A stretch of DNA of 64,000 bases from Amoebidium appalachense (lineage: Eukaryota; Protista; Ichthyosporea), in NCBI GenBank assembly GCA_963693365.1, contig CAVNZM010000004.1:4776564-4840563 (forward strand), written 5' to 3'. Every line of letters starts with the position of its first letter. Positions within the stretch are counted from its first letter, which is position 1. Under the pieces are notes generated by a model. The model had not been told where the DNA came from and searched no databases. It was given only the letters and a program-made list of their open reading frames with translations. This document shows, piece after piece, positions 37,924 through 63,412 of this stretch. Position numbers and translations under genes: made by a program.

Positions 37924-38920
37924 CCTTCTTCTTTTTTTTCCTGGCTTTTTTTTTTTTCCCCGTTGAAAATCTGCATTTCGCTGTATGTAACTTAGACAAT
38001 CATTCAACTCCCTCCCTATCCCCCCCCCCCCCCCCCCCCCCCCCTCCCCCTTTCCCCTCCCCCCTCCCCCCACCTCCCCCCCCCCCCCCCCCCCGGGCAA
38101 AAAAACCCTATACACTCACACGCACGCACACATGCCCACCCACCCACACCCTATCCGGGCTTGCCCAAATCCAGGCACACACACCGTAAAGCAGACTGCA
38201 ACCCACAACATAAGGACTGTCATCTCCCAAACCACACCCAAATACACCGTAACCATCACCGTGTCTTTCGCAAACTTTTTACCACGTTAGCACACCACAT
38301 CTTGCCGCATCGTAGTTTAATGAGCCAATGAGAGTATGACAGCGTACGTCTTTAAATTCTATTAGTATGTTTATGTTTTGGTTGGATCGATGCGAGGCCT
38401 GGTGCTCCCCACTAACGGGGCAAAAACTCTTGGTTGAGTGACTGTGTAGTACTGGTATAGTATGATCATTATTATGATTGGTAAGGTGTGTTATAACCTG
38501 CATAGCTGGTTGCACCATTAGCACCTAACTCTTGGGTTACCGTACAGTACCCACTGGCGTGGCTGGGGTTGATACCCTGGGCAAAGTGTGTACATATAGT
38601 TAGGACTGTTATAGGTGTGTTAGCTTTAGCTAATAGCATCGTAGCACCCTAGCTAGGGTACTGTCGGTGCTGGGTGGAAGACGGTAGTTCCCCCTGAGGG
38701 CCCCTAGGGGTACCTCCGGGAACAAATCGGGATAAAAGAAAAAAGGTTACCGTACAGTACCGGGATAAAAATAGACAACTAAACCCCACAACATAAGCAG
38801 CCTGAACTACCGTGGCACGATATTTATGAGATACTACACACATGCCCCATCACCCCACAGCACTACCACACCATGTTAAAACCCCCTCAGTCATCTCAGG
38901 AAAAATTTCAGTAACAGATC

Positions 38921-38998
38921 CCGGCCCTACATATATATCAACACCAATAATCTTAAGTTGCCGGCCCTATATATATCAACACCGAAAGTCTTAAGTTG
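38921..38998 (+). repeat. Tandem duplication of about 39 bp
   Basis: CCGGCCCTA(CA)TATATATCAACACCnAnAnTCTTAAGTTG occurs twice in tandem. Confidence 0.8.
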
Positions 38999-40972
38999 AA
39001 TAAACCTCTTTCCATAAATGTGTATATATACGTGCAATTCGATTGTTCAGAGTGCCATAGCTGCGGCATCTGTTCAACCCCTGGCGAAGTCTGGAAAGAA
39101 CTTATGCATTTGGTAGTATGATAGGTTATTATGCCCTCCCAGCCCGGAGGGAGGGGGGGGGGAGGGAGGGAGGAGGATGGGAGGGAGGGGCTAGTTTTTA
39201 CCCAATTTGGCGGGCCTTTGCATTCCTTCTATCCTCCCCCACGGCCCGGGGAGGGGGGGGGGGGGGGGGGGGGGGAGGGGGGTGGTTGCTGTTGTTAGCG
39301 CACTTTAGCTGTTGTCTGGAGCTTAATTCATCAAAGCCTCAAAAATTTTGGCATTGATCAGGATGTGTTTTGCGAGGTTCCAGTTAAATTTTGCTGGGAA
39401 TGTGTGTTGCTTCTGTATTCAAGTTCATTCTGTTTTTTTCCTTCCCCCCCCCCCCCCCCCAAGCTGCAGGTGACTCCAGAGGCCCAGTGATACTAGTGGG
39501 TCCTCGGGAAAACGACCGGGTGGGGAGCCGGGGGGGGGGGGAGGGGGGGGGGGGGGGGGGGGGAAGGGGACATTATTTGAGTTAACTCCGTTTTTGTTTT
39601 ACCTTTTTTCAAATTCTGGGACGAAAGAACAGAGGCCCACAATGATACTCAGTGACTGGGCCCACGCGGCAATGCCCGGTGGGGGCCCGGGGGGTGGAGG
39701 GGGGGGGGGGGTGCAGCCGGGTCTGCAAGCGGAGGGGCAGTAGCGCTCGCAGTTCAACATACCATAAATTTGATAACCGCATTAGAACCGGAACCTGCTG
39801 GCGAGAAGTGCCCAGCATGTGTAGGACATGCATATGTGTATGCATAAGCGTCACAGTGACTCGTGTGTGTTGGGTGGATAGCTGTGCGGGGTTGGGGTGT
39901 TTTCTGGGGGTGGTGGTGGTGGTGGGGGTGGGGGTGGTGGGGGGAGGGAAGATCGCCGCGCGTGACGCATAGCGACTGAGCAGTCACCCCTCACCCTCCG
40001 CCGCCGTGGCCACGGGACTGTTCGAAAGGATAGATATACAACCGCAACGAGATATTCCTGTATTACACTTTTGGCTTTTACATTCGCCATCTGCATCAAA
40101 CAGGGTTAGATCTGCTCTCCACGAATTCGAACTTCGGTACCAAAATCCCTAAGTTACTGTGGGCGCGGGTTGCGGAAAAAGCAGTATATGTAGCGCGCCG
40201 ATCTATCAATCGATCCCGTAAACGTAAAAAGCCCCTACCATATAAAATCAGTATCATTTCAATCATTATAGCAATATATCTCGAATTATTGCCTCTACCG
40301 GTTTATCGGTACATAGATACATCAGCTGCATTGAAAAAACCCGTGGCTATCTATGATTCGATATATCCCTGGCCGATGTTTGTCGGTAGCATATCAGTAC
40401 ATCTAGTCCTACAGATTTGTAAATTTTAAATTAGTTATCAAAAATCTTCCCATTAGCTTGTAACACACGGTACCACTCTGCCATTCTCATTATTTACGTC
40501 CCCGTGTGCATGCCATACTTAACAACTATATTTGTGCAGGAACAGACAAAAAAAATGGGAACAACTATATTAGTGCAGGGACAGACAAAAAAAATGGGAC
40601 AAAGTGTTGACTTATCAGAGGATATAACCGTAAACAACTCTGTGTGTTTGCCTGTGCATGTGCAAGACTGCATGCCTACGCCTGCACGTACATTCGCGCG
40701 CTACGTATACATAGGTCATTATCGATTGCATTATGATGGACACAAACAACGATGTTAATAGTTGAATAGAAGGGACACCGCCCTAACAGTATACTTAAAG
40801 CACTTGGACCTTCCTGAATATTTGTTAACATCATAGACGCTCGTGCATCCTAAAACGAAACACACTATGCCCACGTGCACCATCTAAAAAAACATACGGT
40901 TGTCTTCAGAATCCAGCATCGGCAGTTGGCTCACATCTACAGCCGGGCTCCCGCGCTGGCCCAAACCACCAC

Positions 40973-42146
40973 TCAAGCTTGAACCCCCCATCTTTGGTTA
41001 TCAATTTCACCGTTTTTACCTTCCGATTCCAGCCTAACCTGTTGGTCCAAGAAGAATTTCGAACGAGGGGGACTCATTGCTCCAGTCGCCTGCAAGCTCG
41101 GCCCGAGATCCAAATCCAAATCCGGCAGGCTGAATGCCTTGTCGTCAGGCTGCTTAGCCGCAAACTGGCTCGAAATTTGATTTATGTTTTGGTTTGAATT
41201 TTGATTTATGTGTGGGGTTCCATGATTGATGTTTTGGTTCCCCTGATTTATGTTTTGGTTTCGGGGGTTAGCCACCATTATGGGACTAAGGTCGAACACC
41301 CCCAGCCCTCCGTCCTGTATGGGCTGCTGCTTCAGTGGCTGACCATTATCCGACGGCCCCATAAACCTGAAAGCGGTGCTAGCTCCAAAAGACCCTCCCG
41401 ATCCTCGTCTTTCCAAAGTAATCGTATCCAAATCCATGTTTGTAAAATCTCGAGATTCCCCCCGTTGCTGGCGATTCCGCTGCCGCGCCGCCATCGCCGC
41501 CTGACGCAATCGGATGATATCTTCGTCGATCTCGATCGGATCGTAATCGACATTCGACTGTAAATTCGTCAGTAAGTTAGGTTTCCAGCCGGCTGCTGGG
41601 GGCTGGGGGAACTCGTCCGAGAACGGTTGGTCCAGATCGAATTTCAGCGAGTCGAGGTTGAGGTTGAAATTCTGCAGACTATGTTTGCGTAGACCCCTTC
41701 CGCGCTCATTCGGATTTAAGCCCCCCCTTTGATCGTAGAATTCGTCGTCTTCAGCCACTGGAAACAAGGAATTTTGCTGGGTGGTGGGGGGGTTTTGCTG
41801 ATGGCTGATGCCACCAACCACGTCTATCAGCTCTTTGAGGTTTTGGATGTCGACGTCGGTAAGGTCCGGGGTGCTGCGGTTGGGTAACTTAGTATCCGTA
41901 GGATTACTGCTGGGCTATTATAATGCTGATAGCGCTCCCCCCCCTCCCCCCCCCCCCCCCCACCACCACCTCCTCCCCCATGGACACACAGACACACAGG
42001 CAAAGAGAGGAAGGAAGAAGGGGGAGAAACCACACACACACACACACACACACGCACACACATAACATACAAAAACACTATGCCAGCCTATGCGCACACG
42101 CACACACGCACGCACGCACGCACACACGCACGCACGCACACACGCA

Positions 42147-42185
<39 letters not shown>

Positions 42186-42460
42186 CCACACTGTGGCGTA
42201 CACACAAACACACGTGCAGACGTGGATACTCCGGCATATAAATTAATATGATACCTCGTTCCATCGACAACAAGAGTTCCATATTCCCCCATCAAACCGA
42301 AGGACAGGCAGAAAAGTAAGAATGAGCTACCCCTCATGCCGACCCCCTTCTCCCCCCCCCCCTCCCCTCCCCCCCCTCCCCCTCCCCCCCCCCCCCCCCC
42401 CCTTCCCCCCCCTCCACTCACCCAAAATAACACAGGCAACAGCCGCCACCACCGACACAT

Positions 42461-42500
<40 letters not shown>

Positions 42501-42512
42501 TCACACAGACAC

Positions 42513-42544
<32 letters not shown>

Positions 42545-42916
42545 TCACACACCTCTCTCACGCACACATCGCGCGCGCGTACGCACACACACACACACGT
42601 GGCCTCAATGCTGATTCGATTATCATGAACACCCGGCCCACAAGGGCCAAGTACGTACGTGTCTAAGCTTCCATCCTGTGTATGCCTCCTTAGGGTCTTC
42701 TTCAGCTTCATTCCCGATCCCCTTCCCCTCCCCCCCCCTCCCCCCCCCCCCCCCCCCCCAAACCAAAAAAAAAAAGGGAAAAAAATAAATTAAAGCAAAA
42801 CATATATTTTTGCTATCTCAGTTTTCTTTCACACTGTGTACAGGCAAAGCGTTTGCACTGCACATGTGCATGTGCATGTGCATGTGCATGTGCATGTGCA
42901 TGTGTGTGTGTGTGTG

Positions 42917-42974
<58 letters not shown>

Positions 42975-44468
42975 CGTGCGTGCGTGTGTGCGCACGCCCT
43001 CACGTGCGTGTTTCCATGCCTGAACTTTTGCTAGTGTTTACACAGTGGTTACTCTGAGTCCCCAGACACATACCTCTTGGCACGTGCCCTGGTGTGCGGG
43101 GAGAAAAACGAAGACGGTAAATTGCGATCTTTGAGGGGTTTTTCGGTGATGCCCTCCTGCTGCTGTAGCTGCATCAAGTGTTGCTGCCGTAGGCCACCTA
43201 CATAGATTCCCACCAAACTGCAAATTAGTTCTTATTTAAAACCCCACGGTTTGCACTGCAATTGATACGATGCCTTGTATTCTGTCTCTTTGCGTGATTG
43301 GAACCCAGGGGCTAGAGCCAGGAGGTGGGGGGGGGGGGGGGGGGGGGGGGTTGAATACGCTACAGAGTGCAAAGGCACAAACAAAGAGCATGCTGCATAT
43401 AAGCAAAGCCGTTCCCCCCCTCCCCCCCTGGCAATTGCAGGACTCAACGATACATTGCCCACACCATGCAAACATTGAAAAGGGACATAAATGGGACAGC
43501 CTAATTTCCTAAAAACACCTGTAAATTGCATCGGCATCGATTGCTGTTGCTGTTGCTGCTGCCACCCATCCAATTGGTTCATTCTCAGCGCCTCCCCGAG
43601 GGCCGAATCCAATCTCTCCATCTGTTCGTTGAGAGCCAATGGCAAAGAGTTTGTGCGGCGCATATAATTGGTCGGGTAAGGGGCTGCGCGGGAATTTGCG
43701 TGGAAACGCGGCGACTCTGTAGATCCGGGTGTGCTACTGCATGACAGGGAACCAATCATGTGTTAGCGTCATTGTAACAATACTGCGGGCTTTCCTGGCT
43801 TCTATAAAAACGAAACGATGCACATTCGCTCTCGTGGCTCACAGGAAAAAGGCGCAGTTTGCTAATATAATGGCGGATAGGAGGGATGCATATGATCTCA
43901 GGATCATGAGTGCACGTGGGTGTCGGTGCGTGTGCGTACGCGCGCTCGAACACATGTGTGTGCGTGCGGGCGTGAGTGTGTGCCCATGTGTGCGTGAGTG
44001 TGACTGTGTGTGCGAGTGCATCGCTCGCGCGCACAAGCAAACATACACGTGTGCCTGCCTGTGCACGTGTCTGTGTGTTACTGTGGAAGTGTGTGCATAG
44101 ACTCCAGCGCTGCTCTAATTAGATCGATCGGCCGGAATATCATCTAGCCAAGAGCTGGCCAGCGGCGCGCAGTCGATATTATAAATACACCAGTATTCAG
44201 TCGAAAGGAGCAAGATGATGAGATCATGGAGCAAGTTGGAAAACTTCTTCAAGTTCTCGCCTTTAACCACACAGAACGAATGGAAAGCACCTGGAATCAC
44301 TACGCTGTCCTTACACTGTCCGAAAGAACAGTACATGCGATCTAGTGTGCTACTCTTGTCTAACAATCTTCAATTGCCATCTTCACTTGTTCGACTTCAC
44401 TTTTTTACTTCTATTCAATGCAGAAAACCCTGCCACCCTTCTGTCCCTCTCCCCCCCGTCCCTCCCCC

Positions 44469-44515
<47 letters not shown>

Positions 44516-44687
44516 CCACCCCCCTGAGACTCTCTCTCTCTCTCTCTCTCTTTTACTCTCTCAGTCTCTCTCTCCCTCTCTCTTTCTTTCTTTGTCTCCT
44601 CCCCCCCCCCCCCCCCCCCCCCCCCCCCCACCCCCCTTCTCTCTTTCTCTAAGCACCCATATCTCTTCTCCCTGCTCCACCTTGGGG

Positions 44688-44726
<39 letters not shown>

Positions 44727-45191
44727 GCAGATCCCTACGGGAAGGGATGAAGGGCGGAGTGGGGCGGGACGGCCCGGGGGAGGACTGAGGGGGGGAGATC
44801 TGCCAGCAAGCTCTAGACGGAGCGAGAAAGGCAAGGGGAGAGGGGGGTGGGGGTGGGGAGTAGAGAGGAGCTATTACAGAGACACAACGAGAGAAAGAGG
44901 GAGATAAAGCTAGAGAGGGGGAGAGAGGGAGATGCATGTGTGTGAGAGAGAAAGAGCATAGAGATAGACTAAGTTGAAGGGAGAAAGCGAGGGGAGAGAC
45001 AGCAGCTGAAGGGTAAGCGAGAGAGCTGGGTCACGGCCCTTAGGCCCAAATTCATATTGACACACAGACACACCGACACGCACATGTACACACCTGCAAT
45101 CACAAGTGGCAGTACCAACAAGCACACGCTCACGGGGACGCGGGGAGGTGGGGGGATAGAGGAAGTGTGAGAGAGGAAATGTGAGAGAGAA

Positions 45192-45285
<94 letters not shown>

Positions 45286-45323
45286 CGTGTGAGAGCATGT
45301 GAGTGAGTGAGTGAGTGAGTGAG

Positions 45324-45388
<65 letters not shown>

Positions 45389-45450
45389 CATGTGTGTGTG
45401 CGAGCGAGAGCGAGAGAGACAGAGAGAGATCGAGAGAGCGAGAGAGAGTG

Positions 45451-45511
<61 letters not shown>

Positions 45512-46607
45512 AACGGGGGTTTGTGGAAGGGGCAGGGGGAGGGGGGGGGGGGGGCAACCTTTCGCTGTCCCGTCGAAATTTGGCCAAAGACTTTGCAAAA
45601 TGTTGATCTACCGAGTCTGTACTTTGCGTCCGCCGGGGTTGGCGGCCACAGGGACTGGATGGAAAAATGGGGGCAAGGCGGGGAGGGGGGGGAGGGGGTG
45701 GGGGGGGGGGGGGGGAGGGGTAGGAGGGAGGTTAGCGTAATTGCAGGCTTTGTGGGAAGAATATTCAAAAAGAAGGGCTGATGATGAAATGCATGGGGCA
45801 TGGAGATTGGGGAGGGGTTGGTTGGATGTGGGTGGTTGGTGCAAAGGAGTGGGGAGAAGGAGGTGTGTGTGTATGTGTGTGTGTGTGTTGGGGGTGGTGG
45901 TGGGTGGGTGGGGGGGGGGGGGGGGAGGAAGGGGAAGGGATGATTGGGCAGTGGGGAAACTAGGTAGAAGGGAAGAAGTTAAGAGCTGCCTGAGCGCTTG
46001 TGCGGGAGTGCGCGCGCAGCGCAGTGTGTATATGTGCACTGTACACGCAGTAAGGGGGTTGATAGTGGGTAGACTTTGGGGGGAGGGGGGTGACGGGGGG
46101 GGGGGGGGGGGGAGGGGGGGAGGGGGGGAGTGAGAGGAATGGAGGGCGTCCCACTCTCTTGCTACTGTGATGGTTTTTGGAATCAAATGTCTAGTGTGGT
46201 ACTTACTCCGTGGTTAGTCCCTTTAACCTCAATAAAGGTATCCAAGGAGCCCCATACTTCCTACCATGCTATCTGAGTTCCCGTCAAATTTCTTTGATAT
46301 TCTTCAATGAAGCTGCAATCACATATCCCGGCCCTGTTATATCTCACCTTTCCAAGTCCTGCTGGATGGTGCTACCAAGGTCCAGGCCTAAGCCAACATT
46401 ATTCCCCAATGGTGCCCTCTGATTGGGTAGCACCTGCCCCCGCCATTAAATGTTAAATTTCCACACCATATGTTCCTTCTAATATCGGATGCACTCTCGA
46501 GCTCTGTCTACATGTCTCTCCTTCTCCCTCTCCTCTCTCCTTCTCCCCCCCTCCCCCCTCCCCCCCCAGCACCCCCCCCACACACATAAGCATACACAGC
46601 ATGTTTA

Positions 46608-46698
<91 letters not shown>

Positions 46699-46777
46699 CT
46701 TTGTATGCCTTTGAGTGGATGTGTCCTTGTGAGTGCTTTGCAGAGATTATGCACAATATACACACATCCACGCAAAG

Positions 46778-46815
<38 letters not shown>

Positions 46816-46987
46816 GGGCGCGCACGCACACGAACGCACGCACGCATACACACACACACACACACACACACCCGTGCGCACGCACACACGTACACACACA
46901 GGTGTAGCTGCACACGTGTCAAGGCACATACGAAAGAGAGACAGATTTAGACACATGCACAACATGTATGTACACACACACGCACAC

Positions 46988-47048
<61 letters not shown>

Positions 47049-47987
47049 ACGCACACACACACATTCGGGTGCACACAAGCACACCTCCCCCCGCCAACAA
47101 GCGTGCACGCACGCACGCGTACACCTACCCGCCCACACACACGCACGGTGGCACGGCCTACAAGCACCATTTCACGGGGAAAAAAGTGTTTCCTACCTGA
47201 GTCTCCAGAAATTCCAAATCCTCCAGCTGAAGCAGTTGGCTCTCAAATGACTGTGTGTGCCCCATCTGCCGCTGATATTACAATACAATGAGTATTTATG
47301 TTGTGGGCGCATGCCCCTTTTTACTATTCAAGTTAACGCTAGCCGCTTCACGAATGTTTGGTGCCTCTGCACGCGCGTGTGTGTCACTATGTGCAGTGCA
47401 CGTCTGTGGAGTATGTGTATGTGTGCGTAAGTGTTTTGTGTATGTGTGTGTGTGTTTGTGTACGGTGTGCGTGTGTGTGTGCATGCGCGCGTATCATTGT
47501 GTGTGTATGTGTGCCTGCGCGCTTGTGTTGTGTGCGCACACATGCGTGTATTTTTATGCGCATGTGTATGTGCGAGGGCACGTGTATATATATTTGTGTG
47601 ACAGTTCCCAGTCTATATATGTACACTGACGCATATACGTCCAGTGTGCGCGCATGTGGGTAGTGTATGTGCCTGTCCTGCATTATCAGCCATTAGACTC
47701 GGGTTATACAGAGACCGAGGTCATGGGCAGTTACAGTATGTGCGAGCACGGCGGGAGTTGCAAGGTTGTGTATGTAAATTTTGCTGTTGATTGGGTGAAT
47801 GGATGGGTGGGGGTGGCCTTGCCGTCGGCGGTGGTCGTGTGTGACTGTTTTCGTGTGTGTGTATGTGTGTGGGTGTGTGTGCGCGCGCGTGCGTGCACGC
47901 GCGTTTGTATGCATATGGCAGGGGGGAGGGGGGGGAAGGGGGGAGGATACGAACCGGTCGTTCATGTAGCACCTGGTTGAAATTCAT
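40973..47987 (-). CDS. Largely disordered protein of about 509 aa with Vestigial/TONDU-like helix motif and omega-loop-like motif; candidate TEAD cofactor
   Basis: Phase-consistent GT-AG exons 47987-47973, 47250-47197, 46433-46348, 45654-45559, 43736-43519, 43197-43074 and 41909-40973. Contains [10 protein letters not shown] (45585-45614) and [12 protein letters not shown] (43103-43138), Q- and N-rich segments, and no WW domain. The start codon and the last acceptor (41909 or 41906) are uncertain. Confidence 0.72.
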
Positions 47988-48283
47988 TGTGAAGTATTCC
48001 TGTGCGATTCAAATGAAAATTTCGGTGACGGGCCAGTTCTGGCATAGATTTGGCGAAGAGTTGATGGTGTGTAGAAGATGATAACTGCAACAAGCAAACA
48101 AAAACGAAGAAAAGTTATCAGACCATGCAAACTAACGGAGAGATTCTCCCGTTGCCTTGTTATCCCTGAAAAACTGTGCCATATTTAGAGTTGCGTGTGA
48201 ATAGATGTCGCGAGCCGCTTATGTGTATGTGTGTGCGCGCGCATGTCCATGCGGTTGGTGTGAAGCCGTGGTGGTGTGTCTCG

Positions 48284-48340
<57 letters not shown>

Positions 48341-51300
48341 TGCGTGCTTGTGTGGTGTGTGTGTATAAGCTTGGGTGGTGTGTGTGTGTGTGTGCGTGTA
48401 TGTGTGCGCCCTGCGAGTGCGCGCGAATGTGCCTGTGTGTGCATGTGCGTGTTTGATTTGTGCATGGTGTGACACGGTGGCTGTGAGTTATGCAACTGTT
48501 TCTGATTCAGAAACTGATTGCTCTGTGTGTTAAATTGAATGTGCAGGTGGTAGACGCATACTTGCACATTGGGCCATGTTGTGCGCCAGTAGTATGCAAA
48601 TAAAGGCTGGTTTATACCATGTCATTTATAAAGCACACCTAGAGGTACTTCAGAATTAACGTGCTGCATCTTTGTATTCTTCTTTTCAAATTCCTCTTTC
48701 CGAATGATTTCCTTTCCTTTTTTGGACTTTGGACAACGAGGAACAATTAAGTTCCAACACAATTTCTTACTTTATTTCTCAAAATGCTACCGTCAGCGTA
48801 TAAACGTATGTGCTGTATGTGCCAGTTGGGGACGTGGGTTGTGCCAGCTTTCCAATGACATCAATGAGTGATATGCGGGTTGTCACTGATCAGAAATTCA
48901 CAGAGCACTTTCACGAGTTTCCTCCTCCCTCCCCTTCTACCCCTTCCACCCTCTCGCCCACCGCCTCCCTTTGGACGAGAAGAACACACAGCCACTACCC
49001 CTCTTCCTCCTAACTAAGCTTGCACTAATGCCCTACTGTGAGATACCGAATGTGGGAGCACACACTTACAGTAATGATTTATTCTGTGTGCCTTCGGGTG
49101 TCCAACAGAGTCAGCTGTGCGAGAGAACGGCTGGTTTCGACAGATAGCTGTCATACGGTATGAAGCGGCTCAAGTGCTTCTTTTCCTTAGTGTTTTTCTG
49201 TTCTCTTGTATGATTAGTCTGTTTGTCTTCATGGATTCTTCTATGACGAAGAGTGTGAAAGTATACGCGTAGTGCAATTTGCTGGGCGAGTCTTTTTTAC
49301 CTTCTGTTTTCTTGGGTATGTGGCTGTTGGTAGAGCAAGGTGTAAACCCGTGAGTGATTAGAGCACGCTTGCCCCGACTATGAACGCAGCACCAAAAACA
49401 AAAAGAAACACGACTCGATGATTGAATGTGTGCTCAGGTTCACTGTGTTCACGTTCACATTAGATTTTTCCTGAATTCTGTTTGAAGTGGTGTGTCTGAC
49501 TATGTATTGATAAAACACGCACTTTGGTTGGTCAAACACGTGGGTGACTTAGCACGCTCGCCTCGACACCTGAACGCAAAACCAACAAAAAAAAAAGAGG
49601 GAATGCATATGGCCTTCAAGTTTCTTTCCTGGTTTTAGAGTCTTAGAGAGTCGATGATTGAATCCGTCCTTTGCAAAGTTCACAGACTCAGTTCCTACAA
49701 ACGAAGACCGCTCACTTTTTATCAAACGGCATGTCATCGTCATCGCGTAGTGGCACGTGGCCCCGCGCCACCGCCTGCGCAAGTATAACAAAAGTTATAT
49801 CAGTAGTAACATAACATAACATAAGGGGATGCTTAACGTTGAAAAAATTCTAGGTATAATTTTTATAGAATTGATATATACAGCGAATACATTCTGTGTT
49901 TGTACCATTTTCAAATGTCAAAGTTTGTTTGGCCGATATGCATGCTGGGTGACAGATAAGGTTGGTATTCTACCAATCATCAACAAAGCCTATACTTATA
50001 ACTGATAATAAGCCAATTGCTTACTTTTATCAAGCCATGTATACAGCATGTATGGCTGCATGTATGGCAGTAAAGCCAATTAGAACCCGAGAACGTTTCC
50101 CAAAGCCAGTGCTGTAAACGCCAAACACGCAAAACCTGCTACAAAGGAAATGAATGTTATTGGTCAATCAATCTCCTTTTTTCATCCAATCCAAATAATT
50201 CTCAGCATGTCGTTTTACCTGGAATGCAGTCGACGGCATTCCTGGAGCTAAAGGATGTCTGTAGATTCTGTACCACAGCTGCTGGTGTCTGTAGGTCATT
50301 ACAGTACAAAAAAATTCTATGAGAAGCAGTACGAATCCATATTTCAGCAGCCAAAGTCAATTTATCACACTATTTTCTTGATTATTATACAAAAAGCTTC
50401 TACCGATTACTTGTCGAACTGGCAACTGAAACCGAAACTTTGGAAAGTAGCCAACTTGCCGGCGAGGGAATTTTACCAGCTGGAATGTTTATATGTGCAT
50501 TATGATTGGCTGTCAATATCATCACACATTCCTCGAAAAGGGTGTGAAATTATACATATATCGAAATAGACAAGGCCTCCTACCGGAGTTTTTAGGGGGT
50601 ATTTTTTTTTTAAAGTTTTAGTTGTTTTTGAACCACTGTTTGCAAAATTAATAGACCTAACCTCAAAATTTATGGACATTTTTTAAGGTTTCAGGGATAA
50701 TTCTGTGGCCATAAACCCCATATTCTTACACCCTGGTGTTAGCCTGAGGCCTTGAGGCCTTGGGCCCTTGGCACAGTCAACTGTACGTGTCACACACAGC
50801 CAGCTCACACAGCAGGTGGCGGGTGCTACCTACTGAGGTGGTGCCTCATTTTCCTTCCTACCTCAGCAGAAATGTCTCGCTAGTAATGACAATGCTTATC
50901 TGTGTACGCGAAGTGACTGCTGCAAAGGATTTCGCGACTGCTGCAAAGGATCTTCGAAGGCTGCGAACAAAAAAAGACTGCGGGGAAAAGATAGATGGCT
51001 GCGAGGAAAGGAGGAAAAATAGCCGCCGTCGGCGAGCCGAATAAGCTCAGAGATGGCGCGCGACACCGTCAGTACTTGTCAGTAGCAGGTGCTGCTGCCT
51101 GCAGAAGTTACGCGTCACCCGTGTTCCGAATTTTTTTCCCTGTAACATCGCTTTTACGAAAACAAGAAGTCTGTTACAGTAGTGAGAGCCTCTAATATAT
51201 GTACGTGACATGAATGAAAATGAGTGGCACACTCAAAGATTACAGCTGGGCTGCGCTCTAGCTAGAGCACGCTGCATGCTGCTCGAGAATGTAAAAACAG

Positions 51301-52676
51301 GTCCAAGGAAGACAACCACAAATCTGCAACACCGTACATACAATGAGGCAGTGCACTGGCAGGGTCTGCATGTGGCTGGGTTTTGGCGCCGCTTATGTCG
51401 TTCCGTCCATCAGATGCTGTGCGCATACTTCCCCCGAAGCTTCCCCCCTCCCTCCTCCCCCTTCCCCCCGGTTTACCGTCTTTGAAACGACATTACGGTA
51501 TGTAGGAGAAACCCTACATGCACGTATCATTCACTGCAGGGTTTGGGTTGTATATCCCCGCCGTACTGTCTGCACAGCCCTAGTCACCCGCGTGCACACA
51601 TGCATATGCTATCAGGGTACTATGGTTGGGATGTAGCGCAGATCTGCCTTCGGCGATGCTTGAACCAGGCATGCATCATTTTCGGATGCTGGAGCCCCTT
51701 TAAGGAACTTCTTGTGTTACAGTATGTTGCGTGAGATGACTTGAGCGCCATGACTCACGGCACGCACTCACGATCATGAACATGTACTGGCAGGTCAGAC
51801 AAACATGCCCTGCTATCCAGCAAAAAATTGACCACAATATGACCATCACCCGGTCATCTACAAGTAACAACTAACACCACCATCGTGTGCACATGTCCCT
51901 GCTAGATATATATGTTTTCAGGTAGCTCCAATATCTCAAAGGTTTGGAATCCAACACAGAAGCGTCTGATCACGTGTCTCTCTCTTGTTACCCCTAAAAA
52001 AAAAAAAAAGGGAGGAAATCTTCAGCCAGTGCCGGCTTGGCCGCATACATCGGCTAGAGGGCACGCACAAGCAGTCAGGATGTGCCAGCACATGTCCATG
52101 GCCGCGGACTCGTGCCGTTCCCCATGCAGAAAACATACCCTTCAGTTTTTTTTTCGATTTTTTTTTTTTTAATCTCGCTTTTTCACACATCTACTTCGGC
52201 AAGTGCAAGCTTGGCGGCCTGGTCCCCATGCTCAGTGCATCTGCGACATCATTGGCAATAACACATCTGGCAAAATGATATCGATAGAGATGATATTGAT
52301 AGAGATCATCGTGCCGATAGGTACTTCGAAAAGCAAAAAGGCTATACTCCATTCACACTGCCAAATACAACAGCACGCACGAGACCCCTTGCTTTCAGCT
52401 AGGGCCCGGTGCTTCGCAATCGACCTGCCCGAAAACCATCGGAGCTTTTCAGTAGTACACCTTCAAAGTTTTAAGACTACAACACGGCAAGGATGGTTAG
52501 AACAACTACAATGTCATGTTCGATCAGGGTTTTTAAGCGTGCAGCTACTCTAATTACGCATATGCAATCATTCATACCGGATTCACTGAAATATTGGTTC
52601 CTCTTTCGTATTATGAGCTTACGCGTTCAGTCTTTGCCAAGAAAATATGACGATATCCTACGAAGCTGAAACCCCC

Positions 52677-52707
<31 letters not shown>

Positions 52708-52813
52708 AAAAACAAAAAAATAAAAAAAAAACCTTATAGAGCAGTCGTGACTAGCTGTCCAATCCATTCAGACATGCAAAGGCACACCGACAAACAAAAC
52801 GAAAATGTACGTG

Positions 52814-63412
<10,599 letters not shown>

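Noticed and set aside
38534-38761. 17-bp direct repeat GGTTACCGTACAGTACC about 210 bp apart
   Set aside because: It could be a target duplication, but the enclosed sequence shows no element hallmarks.
43074-43197. YAP/Yorkie orthologue call from LPSSFF
   Set aside because: No WW domain in the model, and the VDxHF helix is of the Vestigial type.
46263-46312. Extra exon after a 35-nt intron in the Vestigial-like gene
   Set aside because: Phase-compatible but unnecessary; the intron would be far shorter than any other here.
50255-50569. 104-aa ORF in AT-rich intergenic DNA
   Set aside because: No motif or splice context; the length is compatible with chance or a decayed element.
52200-52290. 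NDVADALS on the minus strand, like the Ty3/gypsy RNase H end motif
   Set aside because: The flanking frame lacks the expected upstream motif, and no RT, integrase or LTR is visible.
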